From Microbacteriaceae bacterium (GTDB lineage: Bacteria > Actinomycetota > Actinomycetes > Actinomycetales > Microbacteriaceae), in contig JBARYA010000186.1 in the NCBI GenBank assembly GCA_049647625.1, forward strand, positions 1 through 51,787: DNA of 51,787 nucleotides. Reading direction: 5' to 3'. Position numbers and translations under genes: made by a program. The notes beneath the pieces were generated by a model that saw nothing but the letters and a program-made list of their open reading frames with translations, had not been told where the DNA came from and searched no databases. Positions 16,058-23,748 of the stretch are shown piece after piece; the stretch's first letter is position 1; each line of letters begins with the position of its first letter.

Positions 16058-17968
16058 CTAGAGGGAGAAAGATATTTTGAGTTTTGTTCCTCTTGGTACA
16101 GTTTTTCCGGGGGCAGGATCAATCGCTGAAATGGTATAAAAAGCTGGGAATGCATCAGCTATCTGGTTGTAATCAAGACTGAACCCGGCATCGAGGAGTT
16201 GTTGTTTGATTTTATTACTCCACTTCTTGCCCACGAGGTCATCTGGAATTTTGACGGGAGCGGGACCCTTCGAGACGATGAGGGTTGGAGTGTCGCCGAC
16301 ACTCAGGACATCCGCTGCAACAAGGCTGACAACGTTGCCAGCAACAATATTGTCACTGTAGGCATCCTCGCCTCGAACCGGCTCAAGACCGACAGCCCGA
16401 AGTTCTGACTCGGCTGCGCCCAGAGAGAGATCAACAACACTTGGCACAGCACCTGCTGAAATCAGAAGAGAAATGGGGGCTTTCTCGAAGTAGTCTTTGC
16501 CCGCTTCGAGCAGATTCCCTTCTGCGTCATAGGCTGCAATGACGGTATCCTTTGGTACATCTGCACTAAATTGACGGACGAGGTCATTGCCAACGCTAAA
16601 GTCTGATGAAGTGATGAGCGCTTTTGCCACATCTACAGTGAGTCCACTGAACATTGGCAACTCAATCGGTTTTGGTCCGAGTGAGAGCACAATGGTGATC
16701 GTGCTTCCCTTTTGAACTTGTTCCCCGGCCGCCGGATCAGTACGTGAGACCTTGCCTAGATCTGTGCTGTAGTCATAGCTCTCATCAAAGTCATATTTCA
16801 GATCAAGTTTTGCCAATTGGGCTTCGACCAAAGCCTGTTCTTGATTCTGGAATTCTGGGATGGTCACCATGGCTCCGGGGCCGCTGCCAAAATACCAGCC
16901 AGTGCCACCGGCAAAGAGCGCGAGAACCATGACGATTGCAAAGAGAATTTTGCCCCGACGGTTTCTCTTCAGAGTGCGCTGTTCCAAAACACCGGTGGAT
17001 GTGCGGGTACTCCGAGCCGGCGCAATGCGCTCCTGAATAATTTCTGTGGCTTGGTTGCCGCGTGAGAACTGATCAGCGGCTGGTTCCAAGACCATGGTTT
17101 GGTCCATGTGGGAGACCGCACTTGGAAGAATAAGGCTACGGACTTCGCGGAGTGCGGTCAGAAGCTCGCCTGCATTGGCCGGGCGATCATCCGGGTCCTT
17201 TGCTGTTGCCCAAAGAACTAATTCGTCAAGCTCTTGAGGAATTCCGGGAACAATCAGGCTCGGGGCACCAACACTATCATTGGCATGCTGGTAGGCGATC
17301 TGCATCGGCTGTTCGCCAACAAAGGGCTGCTTCCCGGTAATCATTTCATAGAGCATGATGCCGATGGCATAAATGTCGCTCCGAACATCCGCGACACCCC
17401 GGGTGAGAAGTTCGGGGGAGAGGTAAGCGATTGTTCCAAGCAAAGCTTGACCGGTTGCGGTTGCCGAAGATGATGGGCGAGCCAGTCCAAAGTCGGAGAG
17501 TTTGATCCGTCCGTCGTCGGCAAGCAAAACGTTCTCGGGCTTGATATCCCGGTGAACGATACCGGCCTGGTGCGCTGCTGCAAGTCCTGAAAGCACCGCT
17601 TCCATAATGTCCAGGGCCTGCTCGGCAGTGAGCTGGCCGTGTTCTTCAAGCAGTTCTCTCAGGGTAATCCCGGGGAGATATTCCATGACCAAATAGGCCA
17701 TATCCTGATCTTGACCCTGATCAAAGACGCTAACCACATTTGGATGAGCCAAACGGGCAGCAGAATGTGCCTCCCGAATGAATCGTTCTCTAAATCCTGC
17801 ATCATCGGTGAGATGGTGGTGCATGACCTTCAGAGCGACACGACGTTCGAGGCGTTCATCGGTTGCTAAATAAACCGTCGCCATACCGCCACGGGCAATT
17901 TTGGACAAGACCCGATATCGAGCGTCGATTCGACGACCTATGACCGGATCAGTGTTTGAAGGCTCCAC
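16058..17968 (-). CDS. Ser/Thr protein kinase with a single TM segment and about four extracellular PASTA repeats (PknB/PknL-type)
   Basis: Kinase motifs (GGMATVYLA, HRDIKPENVLL, DFGLA), a TM segment (ILFAIVMVLALFAGGTGWYF), then four repeats of about 65 aa that end in GP/G-type PASTA signatures. Confidence 0.92.
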   Translation of the reverse strand: MEPSNTDPVIGRRIDARYRVLSKIARGGMATVYLATDERLERRVALKVMHHHLTDDAGFRERFIREAHSAARLAHPNVVSVFDQGQDQDMAYLVMEYLPGITLRELLEEHGQLTAEQALDIMEAVLSGLAAAHQAGIVHRDIKPENVLLADDGRIKLSDFGLARPSSSATATGQALLGTIAYLSPELLTRGVADVRSDIYAIGIMLYEMITGKQPFVGEQPMQIAYQHANDSVGAPSLIVPGIPQELDELVLWATAKDPDDRPANAGELLTALREVRSLILPSAVSHMDQTMVLEPAADQFSRGNQATEIIQERIAPARSTRTSTGVLEQRTLKRNRRGKILFAIVMVLALFAGGTGWYFGSGPGAMVTIPEFQNQEQALVEAQLAKLDLKYDFDESYDYSTDLGKVSRTDPAAGEQVQKGSTITIVLSLGPKPIELPMFSGLTVDVAKALITSSDFSVGNDLVRQFSADVPKDTVIAAYDAEGNLLEAGKDYFEKAPISLLISAGAVPSVVDLSLGAAESELRAVGLEPVRGEDAYSDNIVAGNVVSLVAADVLSVGDTPTLIVSKGPAPVKIPDDLVGKKWSNKIKQQLLDAGFSLDYNQIADAFPAFYTISAIDPAPGKTVPRGTKLKISFSL

Positions 17969-18026
17969 GATTTTTAGTCTAATTCCTGGGGACTCAGTAA
18001 TTCATTCAGACCGTCGGCGAGCCTTA

Positions 18027-19292
18027 TTACTTGAGCAAACTCAGCCAGTGGCGAGCAGATGCTTCCCACTTGGCATAGGCCTCCGGGAAGCCAGAAATCT
18101 GGACAGCTTGGGCTGCCTTGGTCACGGACATCCCTTCCCAGCCACGAATATCGAGCAAACCACGAGTTTTTCCTGGATTCGGATTTACCGAACCGCCAAA
18201 GAATGCTTTCGCAGAACGGTATGGATCCATGATTTGCTCGACAGTTCCCCATCCGGTGGATGGACGCTGTTGGAACAGGCCTACAGAATCACGATCACCG
18301 TAGTTGATATTACGAAGTCCAGATTCCTGAGCGGCGGTCGCTAAAGCTATGACCAAGCCGTAGTCGGAGACGCCGGCGCTGCGGCCAACCTCAACAATAA
18401 TTCGTGCATTAATCAGCATTTCAGTGCTGAGTTCGGCGTGTACTTGGCAATCATCACTAACGAGGGTAGCGCCTGGGATTGTAAGCTTTTGCCCGGCAAA
18501 AATGAGGCTGTTCAGACCAAGACCATTCGCGCTCAGAACAGTTTGCACCTTGACGCCAAATTTCGATGCAATCCGGCTCACCGTATCACCCGGCATAATC
18601 GTATAGCTCACTGCGGTGCAGCTTGCTGGCGCTGGGGCGGAGGTTGCCGGTGGTGCTGGCTGCGCAGCGTTGTCATTGGATGGGGCAGTGGCACTAGCCG
18701 GAACTTTGAGTACCTGCTTGGGATAAATAATGCTCTTCCAATTCAGACCATTCAGATCCAAAATCCCTTGGGTGGATACGCCGAACTTGGCTGCGATACC
18801 GCTGACCGTATCGCCAGCTTTTACGGTGTAGCTATCGCTGCTATTTCCGGGTTGTGGAGCAGGTGCAGGTGTAGGAGCTGGTGTAATCGGGGTAACGCTC
18901 CCTTTCGAAAGGAGCAGTTGTTGGCCTGGGAAAATCAAACTTGACCAGCCGAGCCCGTTCAAAGCCAGGATACTTGCGGTAGAAATTCCATGTTGTTGAG
19001 CAATTCCGCTGACAGTATCGCCCTTTTTGACCGTGTAGCTGAGCTGGCTAGTGGCAACGCTGATTGCAGCAGTGTCGTTCGGGCTGGCTTCACTCTGAAG
19101 TGGAATAACACTTGCCTTGTTTTCGCCCTTGATCTGCTTATCCTTTTCAGGGGATGGTTGAGCTTTGGCCGAATCAACTCCGGCAAGATTGAGGCTCAGC
19201 ACCAAGGAAGATGCCATCACCAATGGCATGGTTTGCATGAGCTTCCGCGAAACTTGGTGCTGCGGGGAAGCAGTTTTCTTTTCGTTCAACAT
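18027..19292 (-). CDS. Secreted 3x LysM protein with a C-terminal SLT-like (lytic transglycosylase-like) domain
   Basis: The signal peptide ends in AKA. There are three LysM repeats (YTVKKGDTVSGIAQQHG..., YTVKAGDTVSGIAAKFG..., YTIMPGDTVSRIASKFG...). The C-terminal domain carries AAQESG and GLFQQ motifs, which recall the SLT E-S / GLMQ blocks. I chose the ATG at 19292 (MLNEKK) because GGAG lies 8 nt upstream; the track start is 19319. Confidence 0.75.
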   Translation of the reverse strand: MLNEKKTASPQHQVSRKLMQTMPLVMASSLVLSLNLAGVDSAKAQPSPEKDKQIKGENKASVIPLQSEASPNDTAAISVATSQLSYTVKKGDTVSGIAQQHGISTASILALNGLGWSSLIFPGQQLLLSKGSVTPITPAPTPAPAPQPGNSSDSYTVKAGDTVSGIAAKFGVSTQGILDLNGLNWKSIIYPKQVLKVPASATAPSNDNAAQPAPPATSAPAPASCTAVSYTIMPGDTVSRIASKFGVKVQTVLSANGLGLNSLIFAGQKLTIPGATLVSDDCQVHAELSTEMLINARIIVEVGRSAGVSDYGLVIALATAAQESGLRNINYGDRDSVGLFQQRPSTGWGTVEQIMDPYRSAKAFFGGSVNPNPGKTRGLLDIRGWEGMSVTKAAQAVQISGFPEAYAKWEASARHWLSLLK

Positions 19293-19433
19293 ATCAAACA
19301 CTCCGCACTGGCCGGCCATGAGGCAATCGTTTACAGGTCTTCATAGATGTTAACAGACCATACTTAAGTATTCTACTGTGAAAATTTGTTACTAATGTGA
19401 AAAGAGTTAATATGTTCGAAACATTAGCGTTGT

Positions 19434-19826
19434 GTGCTGGAGAGCAATTTCATCAAAGATAGAGGTGTGGTTATAGATTCGACAACTCCCTGGGTCCAGC
19501 AAACAGAATGGCTTACCGTTCCTGATTTGACCGAAATATTAAATCTCAGTCCGGGGCGCATCCGGAGGCTTTTTGAAGAAAAGCAGCTCTTGGCTGTCCG
19601 GATTGAGAACGTTCTCAAGGTCCCTGCGCTCTTTCTGAAGGACGATCTTCCTCTCGAAAAGCTTGCCGGTACGATTACTTTGCTCTTTGATAGTGGCTAC
19701 AGTAACGATGAGGTCGTGCAATGGCTACTTGAGCCGAATGAGCTCCTTGGCAATACACCGATCGAATCGCTCCGTGCCGGACGCAAGAGCGAAGTTCGAC
19801 GTGTTGCGCAAAGTCTCGCTTTTTAG
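19434..19826 (+). CDS. Rv2175c-like winged-HTH DNA-binding protein
   Basis: The N-terminal WLTVPDLTEILNLSPGRIRRLFEEKQLLAV block is typical of this family. The gene neighbourhood (kinase, polyprenyl synthase, DUF3040, mraZ) matches the mycobacterial locus. The start codon is GTG and is uncertain. Confidence 0.7.
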   Translation: MLESNFIKDRGVVIDSTTPWVQQTEWLTVPDLTEILNLSPGRIRRLFEEKQLLAVRIENVLKVPALFLKDDLPLEKLAGTITLLFDSGYSNDEVVQWLLEPNELLGNTPIESLRAGRKSEVRRVAQSLAF

Positions 19827-20932
19827 GCTTCTCGTTTTGCGGCAGCAATCGCGAGTTCGCGAAGTTGCTGGATAGCTTTTTCAGCGAGCGGAGCTTCATC
19901 GAGAGCTGCATTTGCCTGGAGGAGCTGGTGACTAATCAGTCGTTCCAGCCGCTCAACGGCGCCGCTCAGTTTGATTTCGCTTTGGAGAAGTCCGATTTGA
20001 ACATCCGTGAGCATCGCATCACCGAGGAGTTCGTCAATCAAACGAGCTACAGAACGTGTCGCTGAGGTCTTTGCCAGAGCAATCAAAATGGTTCGCTTAC
20101 CCTCTCGAAGATCATCGCCACTAGGTTTTCCTGTGACGGTGCTATCTCCGTAAACCCCAAGTAAATCATCGCGAAGCTGGAAAGCAATACCCAATGGCAT
20201 GCCATACTCGCTGAGTGCATTGAGCTGAGCGGCGGAGGCTCCGGCAATTGCGGCACCAATTCGTAACGGTGCTACAACAGAATACTTTGCCGATTTATAA
20301 GTAATAATGCGTTTCGCCCGCCCAATGGCCTCTTCATCGCTATGGAATGGCCAAACCTGTTCTTCGAGGATGTCCAGGTATTGTCCGGCGGTTACTTCAT
20401 TCCGCATCCGGATGAATTCTTGACGTGCAGAAGCAATCGTCGATGCGTTGCTGAGCTGGGCCAGAGCTTGATCGAAGAGATCATCACTGAAACCGAGCAA
20501 CAGATCACCGAGGAGGAGCGCGGTATTTCGACCAAATTCTGCTGCATTGCCTCGCCATTCGGAATTTCGGTGCAGATCCTCGAAATGTTTGTGAGCTGCT
20601 GGCTGTCCACGCCGGGTATCAGAATTATCAATCAAATCATCGTGTACCAACGCTGCTGCGTGGAAGATTTCTAAAGCACTGGCTGTGTCGACAATGGCTT
20701 GGAGCTGCTGCTTTGGTGTGAGCAGGGGGTCGATCTGATCAGAGAAGACTGCGAACCAACCCCAGTATGCGAATCGTGCGCGGAACCGCTTGCCAGAGCT
20801 GAGCAGAGTGGTTGCGTAATCGGTGAGGGCAAGAAGTTCTGGAGTGATAAGTTCAAACACTTCAGATTTTGAAATGAGGAATTGGTTGAGTCTTTGCTGA
20901 ACTAATTCGGTGAGTTTCTCATTTTCTTGCAC
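19823..20932 (-). CDS. Polyprenyl diphosphate synthase (geranylgeranyl diphosphate synthase, IdsA-like)
   Basis: First and second Asp-rich motifs: LVHDDLIDNSDTRRG and QLRDDLLGVYGD. Confidence 0.9.
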   Translation of the reverse strand: MQENEKLTELVQQRLNQFLISKSEVFELITPELLALTDYATTLLSSGKRFRARFAYWGWFAVFSDQIDPLLTPKQQLQAIVDTASALEIFHAAALVHDDLIDNSDTRRGQPAAHKHFEDLHRNSEWRGNAAEFGRNTALLLGDLLLGFSDDLFDQALAQLSNASTIASARQEFIRMRNEVTAGQYLDILEEQVWPFHSDEEAIGRAKRIITYKSAKYSVVAPLRIGAAIAGASAAQLNALSEYGMPLGIAFQLRDDLLGVYGDSTVTGKPSGDDLREGKRTILIALAKTSATRSVARLIDELLGDAMLTDVQIGLLQSEIKLSGAVERLERLISHQLLQANAALDEAPLAEKAIQQLRELAIAAAKREA

Positions 20933-21018
20933 ATCCCTAGCCTACCCTCAGAAAAGCCCGGTAGAATAAGACACAGCCGATGAAGTAGAGGCTGAAAACC
21001 GATGTAGGAGCATAAAAC

Positions 21019-21393
21019 GTGGCACTATCCGAAGAAGAGCAGCGCTTACTTGATGAGATGGAACGAAATCTCTACAAGAACGACGTTGACTATGTCGCCA
21101 CCAATGGGGTTCCCCGTGCGCTTGACTATCGTCGCCTCGTTATCGGTCTGCTGATTGCAGTTGTTGGTATCGTTGGGCTTTTCTTGGCTATTTTCTTCCA
21201 ACAATTACTCATCGGTGTAGCCGGTTTTGCGGTGATGTTCTTTGGTGTGGTGTTTGCTCTTTCGGGCGGAAAGCCGGATCCGAAGCAGGGTGCAGGAACT
21301 CAAGCGAATCGTCGCTCGCACACTCCATCCTCACAATCAGAGACCTGGGAACAGCGCGCAAACCGTCGCTGGGATGAGCGCAACCAGAGATAA
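21019..21393 (+). CDS. DUF3040 family membrane protein
   Basis: N-terminal LSEEEQRLLDEMERNL, followed by two TM helices. The position upstream of mraZ is conserved. Confidence 0.8.
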   Translation: MALSEEEQRLLDEMERNLYKNDVDYVATNGVPRALDYRRLVIGLLIAVVGIVGLFLAIFFQQLLIGVAGFAVMFFGVVFALSGGKPDPKQGAGTQANRRSHTPSSQSETWEQRANRRWDERNQR

Positions 21394-21429
21394 GCTTCTT
21401 CGGCGATAGCGCCTGAGACAAAAAATGTA

Positions 21430-21453
21430 GAGCCCCTCGGGGCTCTTTTTTTT
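21430..21453 (+). terminator. Rho-independent terminator
   Basis: The hairpin GAGCCC-ctcg-GGGCTC is followed by T8. Confidence 0.8.
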
Positions 21454-21510
21454 GTGCCCAAATTTCTGAAAATTGGACGATTGCCCAAAATATCTTCAAA
21501 ATATGTATGA

Positions 21511-21550
21511 AAGTGGATGAAAATGGAGTAAAGTGGAGCATAATGGAGTA
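21511..21550 (+). promoter_or_regulatory. Four tandem 10-bp direct repeats (candidate MraZ boxes) in the dcw promoter/leader
   Basis: AAGTGGATGA AAATGGAGTA AAGTGGAGCA TAATGGAGTA, with consensus AA[G/A]TGGAG[T/C]A and an exact 10-bp period. The array ends 31 nt upstream of the mraZ ATG. Confidence 0.65.
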
Positions 21551-21581
21551 AGTTCCTGATTTGGCCGGAAGGAGGAACGCG

Positions 21582-22013
21582 ATGCTCTTAGGAGAGTTCA
21601 ATCCAAAACTGGATGAAAAGAATCGCTTGATCCTTCCTGCCAAACTGCGTGCAGATTTCGCTGATGGCATGGTGCTCACGCGTGGCCAGGAGAAATGCGT
21701 CTATGCATTTCCTCCTAAAGAGTTTCAGGAACTGTACGACAAAGTCCGTCAGGCTCCGGTTTCGAGCAAACAGGCTCGAAACTATTTGCGGCTCTTTCTC
21801 TCGGGCGCCAGTGATGAAGCCATGGACAAACAGAATCGCGTGACCATCCCGCAAACGCTTCGGGACTATGCCGGTCTTGATCGTGAATTGGCAGTTGTAG
21901 GGCTCGGAACTCGGATTGAAATCTGGGATGCCGAAGCTTGGAAGGCCTTCGTTTCCGAAGAAGAAGACAATTATTCAGCAATCGAGGAGGAGGTGATTCC
22001 TGGTCTGATCTAG
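21582..22013 (+). CDS. mraZ: Transcriptional regulator MraZ
   Basis: The N-terminus MLLGEFNPKLDEKNRLILPAKLR is canonical for MraZ, and there are two SpoVT/AbrB-like halves. The ATG at 21582 has a GGAGGA SD; the track's TTG at 21561 was rejected. Confidence 0.93.
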   Translation: MLLGEFNPKLDEKNRLILPAKLRADFADGMVLTRGQEKCVYAFPPKEFQELYDKVRQAPVSSKQARNYLRLFLSGASDEAMDKQNRVTIPQTLRDYAGLDRELAVVGLGTRIEIWDAEAWKAFVSEEEDNYSAIEEEVIPGLI

Positions 22014-22126
22014 TCGGTGGGTTCCGACTCCCAGCCAACCATCCTGAGTTATCTTCCCCGATCTCAGGCGGAATGGATGGGAATCAGAATTCATCGGTAG
22101 TTTTCGAAGAATAGACCACAGATATT

Positions 22127-23083
22127 ATGGCCACCTCCGACTTGCATATCCCAGTAGCACTCGAACGCTGCCTCACCCTGCTCGCTCCGGCGATTTCAGC
22201 ACCTGGAGCGATTCTCATTGACGCCACCTTGGGCATGGGTGGACACACCGAGGCTGCACTGCAGCGCTTTCCTGAACTCAGCGTTATCGGAATCGATAGA
22301 GATCCAGAAGCCCGCGCACTAGCGGGGGAGCGATTGGCAGTATTTGGCCAGAGAATTCGCATTGTTGATGCGGTCTACGATGAAATATTTGACGTACTCG
22401 ACCGTTTCAGCCTTGATTCGGTACAGGGCATCCTTTTTGATTTAGGAGTATCCTCCCTTCAGCTCGACAAGGTTGAGCGTGGTTTTAGTTATTCGAAAAA
22501 TGCGCCACTGGATATGCGCATGGATTCGAGTAAAGGAATAACCGCTGCTGAGGTACTTCAGAATTATGAGCTCGGCGATCTGATACGAATTTTCCGAAAC
22601 TATGGTGAGGAAAAGCTCGCACCTCGGTATGCGCGAGCAATTGTTGCGGCTCGAGAACGCGAACCCTTTGTCGAGTCTGCGCAATTGGTAGACATTATTG
22701 ACAGGGCGACACCGGCTGCTCTTCGCCGAGCCGGGCATCCGGCAAAGCGGGTATTCCAGGCTCTTCGTATTGAGGTTAACCGTGAGTTGAGCGTGCTCGA
22801 AGAAGCGATTCCGGATGCGGTGAGCAGTCTCGCACTTGGCGGTCGCATTGTGGTTTTGAGCTATCACTCCCTTGAAGACCGCATTGTCAAGCGGGCATTG
22901 CAGGCGAAGGCAGTTTCTTCTGCTCCGCACGGTCTTCCGGTCGAGCTACCAGAGCATCGACCAGAGCTCAAACTTTTGGTTCGTGGTTCAGAACAAGCAA
23001 GTGAAGAAGAGATTCTTCAAAACTCACGCGCAAAGTCGGTTCGACTTCGCGCCGCAGAACGTATTCGGGAGGTGAACGCATGA
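22127..23083 (+). CDS. rsmH: 16S rRNA (cytosine1402-N4)-methyltransferase
   Basis: HIPVAL...[12 protein letters not shown]-binding block, plus [10 protein letters not shown] and the RsmH fold signature. Confidence 0.93.
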   Translation: MATSDLHIPVALERCLTLLAPAISAPGAILIDATLGMGGHTEAALQRFPELSVIGIDRDPEARALAGERLAVFGQRIRIVDAVYDEIFDVLDRFSLDSVQGILFDLGVSSLQLDKVERGFSYSKNAPLDMRMDSSKGITAAEVLQNYELGDLIRIFRNYGEEKLAPRYARAIVAAREREPFVESAQLVDIIDRATPAALRRAGHPAKRVFQALRIEVNRELSVLEEAIPDAVSSLALGGRIVVLSYHSLEDRIVKRALQAKAVSSAPHGLPVELPEHRPELKLLVRGSEQASEEEILQNSRAKSVRLRAAERIREVNA

Positions 23084-23736
23084 GTGCTTCAGCTATTCGT
23101 CGACCTCAATTCGCGCCATCCGAAGCAGCAGAACAGCGCAAACTCCCGTTCCAGCTGATTGCTGGTGGCAGAAAACAATCTGCGCCGGAGGTGCAGGCAC
23201 AGAAAGCTACCCGTCCGCGGGTTCATTACGCAATCATGATCATGGTTGGCTTGGCCGTAGTATTGGCCTCACAACTCATGATGAGTATTTTGTTGGCTCA
23301 AGGTGCTTACGAAATTTCTGCGCTTAAGGGCGATCTTCGTGAAGCGAGCCGAACAGCCGAATCCTTGGGAGAAGATATTGCTCTCTTGTCTTCTCCACAG
23401 TATCTTTCTGCGAATGCAAGCTCTCTTGGGATGGTGCCAAGCAAAAATGTTGCTTTCCTGCGGCTGAGTGATGGCCTCATTTCCGGCTCTCTGGCCGTGG
23501 CTGGAAGCAATAATGCAATCTCAAATCCGGTGGTAAAAAACTCCTTGCTCGAAAAAGAGTCAGCCTATCTTTCGGGTGTCTTAAATCTGACCCAGCCGGC
23601 AGGTCTTTTGATTGGCGAAACACCGCTGCCAGGAACCGATTCTGGGTCTTCCGCTGAGGTATCCTCGAGTGACGCAACCAGGGGACTATCACCGGTTGTC
23701 GCACCACCAGAGACTATTCCGGTCGCCCAACAATAG
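23080..23736 (+). CDS. ftsL: FtsL-like bitopic cell-division protein
   Basis: The position lies between rsmH and ftsI. It has a single TM segment ([24 protein letters not shown]) followed by a coiled-coil-like segment. Its start overlaps the rsmH stop in an ATGA. Confidence 0.7.
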   Translation: MSASAIRRPQFAPSEAAEQRKLPFQLIAGGRKQSAPEVQAQKATRPRVHYAIMIMVGLAVVLASQLMMSILLAQGAYEISALKGDLREASRTAESLGEDIALLSSPQYLSANASSLGMVPSKNVAFLRLSDGLISGSLAVAGSNNAISNPVVKNSLLEKESAYLSGVLNLTQPAGLLIGETPLPGTDSGSSAEVSSSDATRGLSPVVAPPETIPVAQQ

Positions 23737-23748
23737 GAATTCTGCTTT

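Noticed and set aside
19293-19433. A possible cyclic-di-AMP (ydaO-type) riboswitch in the leader of the LysM/SLT-like wall hydrolase gene. Such riboswitches often precede actinobacterial wall hydrolases.
   Set aside because: The leader is short and AT-rich. It looks like plain promoter sequence (TTCACA / TAGAAT-like hexamers), and I could not find the GC-rich pseudo-symmetric helices or conserved G/C blocks of that riboswitch class.
21561-21581. The track's TTG start for mraZ, which would add MAGRRNA.
   Set aside because: The GGAGGA SD sits inside this extension, and the ATG at 21582 yields the canonical MraZ N-terminus.
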